Assembly (NCBI GenBank): GCA_965237905.1
Contig: OZ250172.1
Span: 64,001-128,000 of the forward strand
Length of the DNA: 64,000 bases
DNA from: Nitrospinaceae bacterium
Lineage (GTDB): Bacteria > Nitrospinota > Nitrospinia > Nitrospinales > Nitrospinaceae
Direction: 5' to 3'
In this document: positions 9,331 to 19,112 of the stretch, piece by piece
Position numbering within the stretch: the first letter of the stretch is position 1
How the letters are laid out: each line of letters starts with the position of its first letter
Made by a program: the position numbers and the translations under genes
The notes under the pieces: generated by a model
Told to the model about the DNA's origin: nothing
Databases searched by the model: none
Seen by the model: the letters and a program-made list of their open reading frames with translations, nothing else

Positions 9331-10029
9331 TTATTTGGAATAGCGGTCTTCGAGCCAGGGTTCGGCAGAGTTGGAGTAGCCGCGTTGTTCCCAGAAGCCC
9401 AGTTCATCCTCTTCGCAGAAGACGATTTCGCCGATCCATTTGGCTCCCTTCCACGCGTATAGTTGAGGAGTGATCATGCGCACCGGGCCGCCATGAACTT
9501 TCTCGAGGGGTTTGCCTTCCCACTGATGGACCAGCAGAACATCATGCTTCATGGCTTCGTCCAAAGGCAGGTTGGTGGAGTAACCGTCGAAGGCTTTGAT
9601 GTATACAAATTTCGCTTCGGGTTTGAGTTGGCAATGATTGGCGATGTCTGAAAACCGGACGCCCGCCCAATGATTGTCCAACCGGCTCCAGGTGGTGACG
9701 CAATGGAAATCGGAAACATCTTCGACCTGGGGGAAGTTCATGAATTGGTCCCAATTGAACATCGCAGGCTTTTCGACCAGACCGGAAATAGTCAGGCTCC
9801 AGTCGTTCAGGGGAATTTCCGGTTGAACTCCTATATCCAGTACCGGCCATTTTTCGGTGGCCGTCTGGCCGGGAGGAATTTTAGGCATTCCATCCCGGTT
9901 CATGGGGCCTTCTCCCATCGGCACGTCTCCATCCCAGGATTTCTTCTCGGCTAATGATTTTTTATATTGAATCATTGCCTCGCGGGATTTAATCCGCTTG
10001 GTATTGATATCGGGTTTTGGAATATTCAT
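9331..10029 (-). CDS. Sulfite oxidase-family molybdopterin-dependent oxidoreductase (cytoplasmic, YuiH-like)
   Basis: Motifs PPGQ, DFHCVTTWS (Mo-ligand Cys), HGGPVR, YAWKGAKW and GFWEQRGY. No Tat signal. Confidence 0.92.
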   Translation of the reverse strand: MNIPKPDINTKRIKSREAMIQYKKSLAEKKSWDGDVPMGEGPMNRDGMPKIPPGQTATEKWPVLDIGVQPEIPLNDWSLTISGLVEKPAMFNWDQFMNFPQVEDVSDFHCVTTWSRLDNHWAGVRFSDIANHCQLKPEAKFVYIKAFDGYSTNLPLDEAMKHDVLLVHQWEGKPLEKVHGGPVRMITPQLYAWKGAKWIGEIVFCEEDELGFWEQRGYSNSAEPWLEDRYSK

Positions 10030-11597
10030 TTCGATGAAGTCAATTCCAGCAGAATAGCGGTTCCCGGAAGATAGGATTCAATCGGAGATTTCCCTTCATC
10101 TCTTAAGAATCCTTCCAAAAATTCAAGCGCGGCGCCACCACCCGTGGAAACGAAGAAGTTGGAAGAAAAATAATTGAAGAGGGTATACGTATCGTCAACA
10201 TTGAAATCGATAGAGATTAAATCCGGATTGATCGGTTTGTTCAATTGCAAAACCACCTGTTTGCGGACCAGATGTTTTAGCTCATCAATGCTGATTTTGT
10301 TTAGAATAGCCGCGGAGTCTCCCCCGCCAATGACCACGGAGAGGTCCGGATCTACAATCGCCGCGGCAAACAAAACCTGGGCCAGCTTGACCGAACCCTC
10401 TGCATAATGATCGCACTTGGGATGATCATAGGCTCCCAGTGGCCCATTCCAGAATACCTGCTTGATCTTTCCCTTTTGCAGAATGTTCTTGGCGTAATTG
10501 ACGATCGTTTTTGGCCCGAGGTCCAGTTGAAAATCCTGTGAAAAATCAGGCTCCGATTGGATGACATAATCTGTTTCAAAATAGTCTTTGGTAATCTTAT
10601 AATCATCGGGGAAAACGATTTGGACGTTATTCTTCTGTGCCAAGGTCATGATTTCATGCGCGAGTTTGACTTCATTCAGTAATTCCTGGCATTCCTCCTC
10701 ACATTTGGATTCATACATTTTGGCGGGAATATCCTTCAGGCTCAGAGAATCAATGACTTCTTCCAGTTTCAGGGCCAGGAGAAAAGCGTTCACCATCCGG
10801 CCGCCAATAAAGATTAGCTTGATTTTTGACTCCACAAACTGCTTTAATATACCGAGTTTGTCTGCGATTTTGGCTCCCCCGGCAATCAAGGCAGTTTGTT
10901 CCGGATGGTCGAGCACACGCTTCCCAAATTGTCCCAACTGGATAATCTCTTCATGAAGCAGGGTTCCTGCAACAGCCAACTTACCTGCCTTACGCATGAT
11001 CTGAGGAAGCAACTTGATACTTTTGGTGACCCGGTGACTACACCCAAAAGCGCAATTGATAAACACATCAGAAATTTTCCCCAATTCCTCAATAAATTCC
11101 TGGCGGTAGGTATCCGGGTTACTGGGGTCCAACAGGTACCGGAGGTTGGGTAGAAACTTGATTCCTCCTGCAGGGAGCTGATGATTGAAACAGATTCCCA
11201 GGGAATTTTTAAAGTTGGAGTCGGTAATTTCTGGCGGAAAAATAGTGTAGGTATCGCCGTACAATTTGCGGATCAGCGTGTCGAAATGAGAACAGACAAA
11301 TTGAATATTGAAAATTCCGTCCCAGCCATGGCGATCCAGTTTTTTATGGGGGCGGCCCAAATGGGAGCCGATGATGATCCGGCAATTGCCCTCGGTCAAT
11401 TCATGAATTCTCTTAAACGTCAGATCCAGGAACCGTCGGATGCGGGTGTCATCGCCGACGCGATAACCTTTGGGAGTCGATATGAGGGGAACGTTGAAAT
11501 CGACCCGGATAAATATAGTTTTATTGACCAGATGCTCTGGACGAAAATCATCCAATCGAGGTAATCTTAATTGATTTTCAGAAATCGCATCCATCAT
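10026..11597 (-). CDS. pgk: Phosphoglycerate kinase (atypical, 523 aa)
   Basis: Motifs RVDFNVP, SHLGRP, GGAKIADK, DLGPKT, WNGPLG, GGGDS and STGGGAALEFLEG. Confidence 0.85.
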   Translation of the reverse strand: MMDAISENQLRLPRLDDFRPEHLVNKTIFIRVDFNVPLISTPKGYRVGDDTRIRRFLDLTFKRIHELTEGNCRIIIGSHLGRPHKKLDRHGWDGIFNIQFVCSHFDTLIRKLYGDTYTIFPPEITDSNFKNSLGICFNHQLPAGGIKFLPNLRYLLDPSNPDTYRQEFIEELGKISDVFINCAFGCSHRVTKSIKLLPQIMRKAGKLAVAGTLLHEEIIQLGQFGKRVLDHPEQTALIAGGAKIADKLGILKQFVESKIKLIFIGGRMVNAFLLALKLEEVIDSLSLKDIPAKMYESKCEEECQELLNEVKLAHEIMTLAQKNNVQIVFPDDYKITKDYFETDYVIQSEPDFSQDFQLDLGPKTIVNYAKNILQKGKIKQVFWNGPLGAYDHPKCDHYAEGSVKLAQVLFAAAIVDPDLSVVIGGGDSAAILNKISIDELKHLVRKQVVLQLNKPINPDLISIDFNVDDTYTLFNYFSSNFFVSTGGGAALEFLEGFLRDEGKSPIESYLPGTAILLELTSSK

Positions 11598-11810
11598 TAT
11601 TAAAAAATAATAAAAACAATAAGTTAGATATTAAATAGTTAAGTAAAATATTAACTTAAAAAGAACAAGGCTCATTGCGCAATCAGCAGTCGTTATTAAA
11701 ATAACATGACTTTCCGGATTTGGAAATTTAAAGTTTTGATTTATCATGCCAACCGGATGCAATGGGCGGGCTTTGCCGACATGAGGCAATAGAGAAAGGC
11801 CAAACAGAAT

Positions 11811-13907
11811 ATGTCGAAAATAATCAGGAAACTGCTGATCAACGTGGACCAGCCGGAAGAGTGCCGGGCCGTGGTGATCGAAAACGGTAAACTTGACGAG
11901 ATTATTGTCGAGCACTCTTCCCACGAATTAGTTAAAGGCAATATTTATCTGGGAGTCGTGACCCGAGTGGAACCCGCCATCGAAGCGGCCTTTGTGGACA
12001 TTGGCAGAAAAAAATACGGTTTTCTTCCCTTCAAAGATGTGTTGCCGGAATCCTACCTACAGACCGGTGAGAGGAAAGCCAGAACGCGAATTCAGGATGT
12101 CATGGTTCGGGGACAACGATTATTGGTACAAGTGGTCAAGGAAAGCCGCGACGCCAAAGGTCCTTCGCTAACCAATGGGGTTACCATTCCAGGACGATTT
12201 CTGGTGCTGATGGTTTCCAGCGATTCCAGCGGAATCTCCCGAAAAATTGAGGATGAGTCAGAACGAAAAAAAATCAAGCAACTGATGTCCGATTTGGGAG
12301 TTCCGGCCAGCATGGGTGTGATTATCCGAACCGCCGGCGTGGGCCGGACCAAGACGGAACTTCAAAAGGATATTCAAACCCTGCTCAAAGTCTGGGAGAC
12401 TATCGAACAGCAATTCAATGACCAGAGTACCAAGGCGCCCAGTCTTTTATATGAGGGACCGGACATGGTGGTGCGTACCGTACGTGATCATTTCTCCAAC
12501 GATATGACTGAAGTCCTGGTTGACAATAAAGAGTCTTTTGATGCACTTAACGAATTCATGGGGCTGATAATGCCAAGGATGCGTAACCGTATCAAGTTTT
12601 ATCAGGATACCAAGCCGCTTTTCTCCCAGTACAATATTGAAGAACAAATTGAAAGTATTTATAACCGCAGGGTTGAATTGCCCTCCGGCGGTTCGATTGT
12701 GATCGACGTGGGAGAAGCCATGGTCTCTATCGACGTCAACTCAGGGAGAACCACCGGCGCCAGTGCTCTGGAAGAAACGGCAATTAAAACCAACCTGGAA
12801 GCGGCTGAAGAGATTACTCGGCAACTCCGGTTGAGGGATTTGGGAGGATTGATCGTTATCGATTTTATCGATATGTTCCAAAAGAAAAACAAAGCTCTGT
12901 TGGAAAAACAGGTGAAACTAAGCTGCAAGCGGGACAGGGCGAGGGTCAATATCTCTAGGATTTCACGGTTTGGCCTTCTGGAAATGTCTCGACAACGTTT
13001 AGCCCCTCCAGTTAAAGAAGGTTTTTTTTCGAATTGCCAGCATTGTGGTGGAACGGGTCATGTCAAAACAGATAGCTCCACCTCTCTAAGTGTTATCCGA
13101 AAAATTCAGGAGCATCTTGCTGTAGGAAGTGTGAAAGTTTTACAGGTTAGGGTTTCCACGCAGGTGGCCAATTATCTTTTAAATAAAAAAATGAAAAGCC
13201 TGCTCGAACTGGAAGAGAAGAATGGCGTGGACATTCTATTTGAAAGCCAAGAGCACCTTCCCTATGAGAATTTTTCGTTCACCGTGTTGGAGCGCAAAAA
13301 AGAAGAGGATAAGGTCATTGAGCAGAAATCCAGTATTGAAAGAGACCCGAAACCTGAGGGAGAAGAAGCCTCAGAAGGAAAAAGTGACAAACGCGGTCGG
13401 GGTCGCAGACCTTCCACCGGTCGTGGCCGAGGTCGCAGACCTTCTGCTAATGTCCGGGAACGTAAAAAAGAAGAAGATAAGGTCACCGAGCAGGAATCCA
13501 GTATTCAAAGTGCCCCGAAACCTGAAGGAGAAGGGAGCCCAGAAGAAAAAGGTGAAAAAGACAGTCCGGTTCGCCGACCGGCATCCGGTCGGGGCCGGGG
13601 TCGTAGGCCCGGTGGTCGACCGGGAACCCGAAGGCCTCCACGCTTCGCAAGAAAGAGGCCTCGGAGTTCATCGGAAACCAAAGAGGGGGCTCCGCCGGAA
13701 ACGGGAAATAAATCGAGTGATCATGAATCACCCAGAGAAAATATCGCCTCGGCAAAGGATTCCACCGATTCGACTTCACCTCCTCCACCCAAGGCGAAAC
13801 CGGAGATGGAGTCCAATGAGGAGCGGCAACCCATGGGAAATGTATCCCGGTTGCATGAAAGGGTCATAAAAAATCCATTTCCCTTTGATCCTGGTCGTAA
13901 TCAATGA
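11811..13907 (+). CDS. rne: Ribonuclease E/G family (Rne/Rng)
   Basis: S1 domain GNIYLG...AAFVDIG, IDVNSG, LRDLGGLIVIDFIDM, GLLEMSRQR and a CQHC zinc link, then a disordered charged C-terminus. Confidence 0.95.
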   Translation: MSKIIRKLLINVDQPEECRAVVIENGKLDEIIVEHSSHELVKGNIYLGVVTRVEPAIEAAFVDIGRKKYGFLPFKDVLPESYLQTGERKARTRIQDVMVRGQRLLVQVVKESRDAKGPSLTNGVTIPGRFLVLMVSSDSSGISRKIEDESERKKIKQLMSDLGVPASMGVIIRTAGVGRTKTELQKDIQTLLKVWETIEQQFNDQSTKAPSLLYEGPDMVVRTVRDHFSNDMTEVLVDNKESFDALNEFMGLIMPRMRNRIKFYQDTKPLFSQYNIEEQIESIYNRRVELPSGGSIVIDVGEAMVSIDVNSGRTTGASALEETAIKTNLEAAEEITRQLRLRDLGGLIVIDFIDMFQKKNKALLEKQVKLSCKRDRARVNISRISRFGLLEMSRQRLAPPVKEGFFSNCQHCGGTGHVKTDSSTSLSVIRKIQEHLAVGSVKVLQVRVSTQVANYLLNKKMKSLLELEEKNGVDILFESQEHLPYENFSFTVLERKKEEDKVIEQKSSIERDPKPEGEEASEGKSDKRGRGRRPSTGRGRGRRPSANVRERKKEEDKVTEQESSIQSAPKPEGEGSPEEKGEKDSPVRRPASGRGRGRRPGGRPGTRRPPRFARKRPRSSSETKEGAPPETGNKSSDHESPRENIASAKDSTDSTSPPPPKAKPEMESNEERQPMGNVSRLHERVIKNPFPFDPGRNQ
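13290..13625 (+). repeat. Imperfect 168-bp (56-aa) tandem duplication in the RNase E C-terminal region
   Basis: Units start at 13290 (ERKKEEDKVIEQKSSIERDPKPEGE) and 13458 (ERKKEEDKVTEQESSIQSAPKPEGE). Each ends in GRGRGRRP. Confidence 0.85.
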
Positions 13908-13939
13908 CTGATCCGGGAAACCAAGCGATATCTGAAATC

Positions 13940-14701
13940 TCAGGAATTGGATTTTGAAGATGAGGGGGCAGACCGGGCACATCGAAAGCCAGTGTCCCAC
14001 GATCTCATTTGGGGAGGAGCAAAATTCCGGTAAGGAAGGAGCGCAAACTCTTTCAGAAACCCATGCTCCCTTTTATTAATGGCGCCACCCCGGATCACTT
14101 TGTACTTTTTCCCAAAGTTGGGATCCTTGAAGGAGGAGCCCCGATAAGGTTGATACCAGCTGGTGGTCCATTCGGATACATTGCCATTTAAATCGTAAAC
14201 CCCGAACTTGCTCAAGTCCTGTGGTTGTTTAGCGGGCGGTTGTACTGTTTTTCCGAAGTTGGCGTTTTCCCGCTTGAATTCATTTCCCCAGACGTACAGA
14301 TTTCCCTCGAGACCTCGCGCGGCTTTTTCCCATTCGGATTCCGTGGGCAATCGCTTGCCCAACCATAAGCAATAGGCGTCCGCTTCAAACCAGGAAACAC
14401 CTTGCACCGGGTGGGTGAGACGGCCTTCAGCATACCGGGCCTGGGGTTTGAATCGTAAAAATTCCCCGTAACGGACCTCATGGATATCGATATAAAATGC
14501 GTTCAAAGTGATTTTCTGCTGAGGCTGGGCGTTTTTGCTGGAAGTGCGGTCGGAAACGAATGAAGGGATTTCTTCAGCAGGATCCAGACCCAGGGTGAAA
14601 GTTCCCGCCGGAATCAAAACCATATCCGTTTCCTGTTCGATGGGCTCGGCGCAGGCTCCTAATGAACCCACTACCAGGAGCAAGAGAATCAGCCGTTTCA
14701 A
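13940..14701 (-). CDS. FGE/SUMF1 family lipoprotein
   Basis: Likely TTG start at 14701, overlapping the upstream stop. Lipobox-like LGAC, then MVLIPAG, RLPTESEWEKAARG, GNVSEW and GFRC. Confidence 0.88.
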   Translation of the reverse strand: MKRLILLLLVVGSLGACAEPIEQETDMVLIPAGTFTLGLDPAEEIPSFVSDRTSSKNAQPQQKITLNAFYIDIHEVRYGEFLRFKPQARYAEGRLTHPVQGVSWFEADAYCLWLGKRLPTESEWEKAARGLEGNLYVWGNEFKRENANFGKTVQPPAKQPQDLSKFGVYDLNGNVSEWTTSWYQPYRGSSFKDPNFGKKYKVIRGGAINKREHGFLKEFALLPYRNFAPPQMRSWDTGFRCARSAPSSSKSNS

Positions 14702-15414
14702 GGAGTCGCCTGAGCTGTTTGCTGAAGGGTAGGAGCGGGTGGTTTTGAGACAGGGAATGTTTGCTCGCCAGGAGGGATATGGAAATACTCCACAGTCAGG
14801 CATGCCGCTTCGTCTCGGGAGCACATGGAGGTTTTGCATTCGCTCTCCGGCCGCTGACAGTAATAATTTAAAATCCTCAATTTTAGTAGGCCGTCCCCGG
14901 TTTGAACAATGTAAACATTTCTTTTTGATTCAATATTGTGGGTGCGTGTGCGATACAGGTACCAGTCGATGATGGAGGGATTGTTGACATTTCCCCAAGA
15001 GCGAACATCCGGCACGAAAGAGACCTCAGGAACCTGGACCACCGAATTAAAATCTACCGGTCCCAGGTTGGCAATCGCCACTTTGCCCTGAGGGTTGGTG
15101 ACTCCGCCATTGGAAATAATTTTAGTCCGCTGAAAGCCCAGGTCCCAGTCCTGCTGGTTCATCAATTCCCGATCTTTTTCAGGATCGGAGATTTGGAAGG
15201 TTTTTTGGGTTGAGAAATCCACCAAAGTCCACTTTTCCTTGGACTGAGCACTTACTTTGAGTACGGGATTATTGGTTTCGAATGACTTGTGACGTATGGG
15301 AGGAAGAGCCTTGTTCCCGAAATCATCAACATTGTCCCCCATATAATTCATGGTCACATTCAAAAGCAGGGTTGCCCCAAGCAACATGGCGAAGATTTTA
15401 AGGGTGCTGTTCAT
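14698..15414 (-). CDS. HmuY family (heme-binding-like) protein
   Basis: N-terminal hydrophobic anchor. Motifs WTLVDF, WDLGFQR...NGG, WYLY, VYIVQT and KLRILNYY are typical of HmuY. Confidence 0.75.
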   Translation of the reverse strand: MNSTLKIFAMLLGATLLLNVTMNYMGDNVDDFGNKALPPIRHKSFETNNPVLKVSAQSKEKWTLVDFSTQKTFQISDPEKDRELMNQQDWDLGFQRTKIISNGGVTNPQGKVAIANLGPVDFNSVVQVPEVSFVPDVRSWGNVNNPSIIDWYLYRTRTHNIESKRNVYIVQTGDGLLKLRILNYYCQRPESECKTSMCSRDEAACLTVEYFHIPPGEQTFPVSKPPAPTLQQTAQATP

Positions 15415-15589
15415 GGCATCATTTTATCAAAGGTACGGCCGATTTTTGCAAATTATACCTTCTCAACGATCTAAAAATCAGAGGTCTTCAAGGCTCCCGA
15501 GTCAGGGAAGTTTAACCTTTTTTCCGTTGCCGGGGTTGGATATAATGATGAAGCAAAATATTGTTTATTAACGGAATTATAGGTTTTAA

Positions 15590-16213
15590 ATGACCCAAGA
15601 TCGTCATTTTGCATTCAAAAAGGCCCAAGTCGAGGGCTTTGTGAAGAAAGAATTCCAGCGTTATTTCGGACGGGGAGGCCGGATCTCCATCCGAAAACGA
15701 CAGCGATTCATGGAGCGTATTACCAAAAAAGTGGGGAAAAAGTTCGGCAAGGATATCCTGTGCCTCATTGATTTTACCAAACAGGGATTTGTATCTTTGG
15801 TGTCTCCCGCCCATACGGAATCCACCGATAAAGGCAAGTTGTTCAATTCATTTACCCATCCCCAGGTGGCCTACACCTCTCACTGTGTGGAACGTTTCAG
15901 TGAGCGAACGCAGACGACGGACAACTGCATCATTACCCTGGATTCCTATCTCGACGAAGCGTTATTGACGTATGGCCTGCATGAGGGATATCTGGTATGC
16001 TCTCAAGGATTGTTTGCTTATGTCATTGAGGATGATCGCCTGGTTGTTAAAACCTATATCAACTTTGAGCTTTTGTCGGATGACCAAATCCGGAAGTTTT
16101 ACACGCATGACATGGCCGCTTTTCTGACACCGGACATGATTTCAGAAGAGATTGATGCCAGTGACATTATTTTAATGGATGAACTGCCTGAGGACCCGGA
16201 TAAACGGGCTTGA
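15590..16213 (+). CDS. Hypothetical protein
   Basis: 207-aa ORF with an upstream TATAAT. Contains YTSHCVERFSER. Confidence 0.75.
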   Translation: MTQDRHFAFKKAQVEGFVKKEFQRYFGRGGRISIRKRQRFMERITKKVGKKFGKDILCLIDFTKQGFVSLVSPAHTESTDKGKLFNSFTHPQVAYTSHCVERFSERTQTTDNCIITLDSYLDEALLTYGLHEGYLVCSQGLFAYVIEDDRLVVKTYINFELLSDDQIRKFYTHDMAAFLTPDMISEEIDASDIILMDELPEDPDKRA

Positions 16214-16278
16214 TGGCGGCGGTTTTCTCGAATATTTGATTTGATCCATTCACCGATTTCCTCATTTTCTGGATTGCA

Positions 16279-16944
16279 ATGATCCAGCTATACAACGTTT
16301 ACAAATCCTACAATAACACTCCCGCTTTGGTGGATATTTCCTTCATTATCAAGAAAGGAGCCTTCGTCTTCGTCACCGGTCCCAGCGGCGCCGGTAAGTC
16401 CACATTACTGAAATTGCTGTACCGCTGGGAAAGTTACGATAAAGGCCAGGTACTGGTGAACGGGATCAATGTCGGCAAACTCAATTTCAACAAACTGTGG
16501 CAATTACGACGCCATATTGGAGTCGTGTTTCAGGATTACAAGTTACTTCCGGGGAAAACCATCCTCGAAAATGTCGCCTTCGCCTTGGAAATTGTCGGCG
16601 CCGAAAAAAAAACCATCCGCTATAAAGCCTGGGAAGCCCTCAAGGATGTGGGACTTTCCCATAGAAAAGATGCCTACCCGATGGAACTTTCAGGAGGAGA
16701 GCAACAACGTGTAGCGATCGCCCGGGCTTTAGTGAACAATCCCAAAATTCTGCTGGCAGATGAACCGACAGGGAACCTGGACCCGGGTATGGCCAGCGAA
16801 ATCCTGCATTTGTTTGAAAAAGCCAATACCGACGGTACCACGGTGGTTTTTGCGACCCACAGCCAGAATATTCTGCGGGAAGGCAACCATGCCATGATCA
16901 CATTGAAGCGCGGTAAAGTTGCGGACACACGGATCGTTGCCTGA
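16279..16944 (+). CDS. ftsE: Cell division ATP-binding protein FtsE
   Basis: Motifs GPSGAGKST, VFQDYKLL, LSGGEQQR and LLADEPTGNLD. Adjacent to ftsX. Confidence 0.95.
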   Translation: MIQLYNVYKSYNNTPALVDISFIIKKGAFVFVTGPSGAGKSTLLKLLYRWESYDKGQVLVNGINVGKLNFNKLWQLRRHIGVVFQDYKLLPGKTILENVAFALEIVGAEKKTIRYKAWEALKDVGLSHRKDAYPMELSGGEQQRVAIARALVNNPKILLADEPTGNLDPGMASEILHLFEKANTDGTTVVFATHSQNILREGNHAMITLKRGKVADTRIVA

Positions 16945-16952
16945 TTGCGAAA

Positions 16953-17846
16953 ATGAGAATTCTTAAAACAACCCTCATCAATATCAAATCCAACAAGCAG
17001 TTATTTTTTGCTTCGGTAGGTACGATTACCACGGCTCTTTCGATTTTGGGGCTTTTTCTGTTCGTCTATATCAATCTGAATTCCGTTCTTTCTTTTTGGA
17101 ACGATCAGGTTCAGTTGATTGTCTATCTGGACGACGAGGTTTCCAATAGTGAGAAAAAGAAATTAGAGGAACTTTTTTCTTCTAATTCAGAAGTCGATTC
17201 GTTTGATTTTGTTTCCAGAGAAAAAGCCTGGGAAAATTTCCAATCCATGTTCGCCGAAAAATCCTCTTTTCTTAAAGGCATGGGATTCAATCCTTTGCCC
17301 GCGTCCTACAGTCTTATGATTAAGCCTTCATCAGAAAGGTTGAAAAATATTCAATCGTTGGCGAAGAAGCTGAATCGGCAAGATGGAGTGGAGTCGGTGG
17401 AATACGGGGAAGAGTGGATCAACCGGTTTGAAACATTCATGATTTTAATGCGGGTTTTCCTTTTGGCATTGGGCGCTCTGTTAGGTCTGGGGGCGGTTCT
17501 TATTATCTCCAATACCGTTAAGCTCTCCGTACTATCAAGAAAAAGTGAAATCGAGTTGATGCTATTAACGGGCGCCACTCCTGGATTTATCAGGCTCCCG
17601 TTTTTTCTGGAGGGTATTTCCCATGGCCTGCTGGGTGCCGTTATTTCTCTCAGTTTGATGAAAGGTCTTCATCTTTATCTGGTGAGCCAATTCCAGGGAT
17701 CCATCGAGACGTTTGGCCGAGGCATGGATTTTCAGTTTATCTCTCTGCCTTTTATAGTGATCATCATCCTGGCCAGTATTTTGATGGGTTGGTTGGGAAG
17801 TTATTTTTCTCTCCAACAGTTTTTGGGGGCGTATAAAAAATTATGA
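16953..17846 (+). CDS. ftsX: Cell division permease FtsX
   Basis: 4-TM topology and ISNTVKLSV..RKSEIELMLLTGAT...PFFLEG. Confidence 0.93.
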   Translation: MRILKTTLINIKSNKQLFFASVGTITTALSILGLFLFVYINLNSVLSFWNDQVQLIVYLDDEVSNSEKKKLEELFSSNSEVDSFDFVSREKAWENFQSMFAEKSSFLKGMGFNPLPASYSLMIKPSSERLKNIQSLAKKLNRQDGVESVEYGEEWINRFETFMILMRVFLLALGALLGLGAVLIISNTVKLSVLSRKSEIELMLLTGATPGFIRLPFFLEGISHGLLGAVISLSLMKGLHLYLVSQFQGSIETFGRGMDFQFISLPFIVIIILASILMGWLGSYFSLQQFLGAYKKL

Positions 17847-19030
17847 GTCTACGAGGAATCCTAATTCTTTTTCTGATTATTACTTTTAGCGGGACAAGCC
17901 CTGCTTATTCGAAGGATCCGTCAGAAGAGGAAATTGAAAAACTCATACAGGATGAAAAATCCGAATTGGAAAATCTGAAGAAGAAAATCAAAAAGCAGGC
18001 CACAGAAATTTCTACCATGGGCAAGAAGGAATCCAAAATTCTTAAAACTCTGGAATCCCTGGACAATAAGAAAAAAGTCAGGGAAAGGGAATTGAAGATT
18101 TATCGATGGAATATCAAAATCAATAAAAAGCAATTGAATAAGCTTTCCCAAAAAATAAATATAACAGAAAGACAGTTGACCCGTCAGAAAACCATGCTCG
18201 GCAAACGCCTTCGTGCTTTATACAAAGAAGGAAAGATGTTTCCTGTTAAAGTCCTTTTTTCCGCGGAGGATTACAGCGATCTAATTCAAAAAGTGAAGTA
18301 TATGGAACTGCTCATGTCCCATGATTCCCGTATTTTTGAAAATTATCAAAAACGCTGGAAGCTATCCAAGGAAGAGGAAAGAAAATTATCGCAAGCCAAG
18401 GAAAAGTTGATTCAATTTGAAACTGCCGCACTCCAGAAAAAAAATGAAATTGAAAAGCAAAAGGGAAATAAATCCAAATTTTTAAGGAAGGTCAAAAATA
18501 AGAAAATTTATTTTATTCAAACACGCAAGGAAATGCTGAAAGCTTCCGAGAATCTCAACAGTTTGATCGCCAAACTGGAGCAGAAAAAGATTTCCGGTCA
18601 AGGGTTGAGTTTTGTCGACAAAAAGGGGCATCTGTTTTTCCCTGTGAAGGGGAAAGTCCTTAATCGTTTTGGAAGGGTGAGGGATAAGCGATTTCAATCT
18701 TATATTATTAATAATGGATTGAACCTGAAAGTTAGAAAGGGCACGAAAGTGCATCCTATTTTTCAGGGTTCCGTTCTGTTTGCCGGTTCCCTGGAGGGCT
18801 ACGGTAATTTGATTATCCTGGGCCATGGTGACAAGTATCATTCCTTATACGGCCATTTGGATAAGATATTGGTTCAAACCGGAGATTATGTTCAGGAGGA
18901 TCGGGCCATTGGATTATCCGGGGATAGCGGGTCCCTGGTCGGGGAAACCCTGTATCTGGAGCTTCGCCATAAGGGGAAACCTATTGATCCGGTGCCCTGG
19001 TTGCAAGCCGCCAAAAGAAAGCCCAACTAA
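17843..19030 (+). CDS. envC: Murein hydrolase activator EnvC (coiled coil + degenerate M23 domain)
   Basis: Signal peptide, long coiled coil and LytM-like GYGNLIILGH..YHSLYGH..LYLELR. Follows ftsEX. Confidence 0.88.
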   Translation: MSLRGILILFLIITFSGTSPAYSKDPSEEEIEKLIQDEKSELENLKKKIKKQATEISTMGKKESKILKTLESLDNKKKVRERELKIYRWNIKINKKQLNKLSQKINITERQLTRQKTMLGKRLRALYKEGKMFPVKVLFSAEDYSDLIQKVKYMELLMSHDSRIFENYQKRWKLSKEEERKLSQAKEKLIQFETAALQKKNEIEKQKGNKSKFLRKVKNKKIYFIQTRKEMLKASENLNSLIAKLEQKKISGQGLSFVDKKGHLFFPVKGKVLNRFGRVRDKRFQSYIINNGLNLKVRKGTKVHPIFQGSVLFAGSLEGYGNLIILGHGDKYHSLYGHLDKILVQTGDYVQEDRAIGLSGDSGSLVGETLYLELRHKGKPIDPVPWLQAAKRKPN

Positions 19031-19112
19031 ATCATAAAATCCCTGAAAAATTGAGGTATAATTGTAAATAAATAACACACACTTTCATTATCTTTTTGAT
19101 TGGAGAATCATT

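Noticed and set aside
14702..14839. N-terminal extensions in the ORF track (also 48536-48754, 49603-49632, 58495-58566, 59239-59331)
   Set aside because: They overlap neighbouring genes or promoters. Downstream starts with an RBS, stop/start coupling or signal peptides fit better.
16953..19110. AT-rich stretch suggesting horizontal transfer
   Set aside because: It is explained by the Lys/Phe/Ile-rich FtsX and EnvC within the conserved ftsEX-envC-ctpA cluster.
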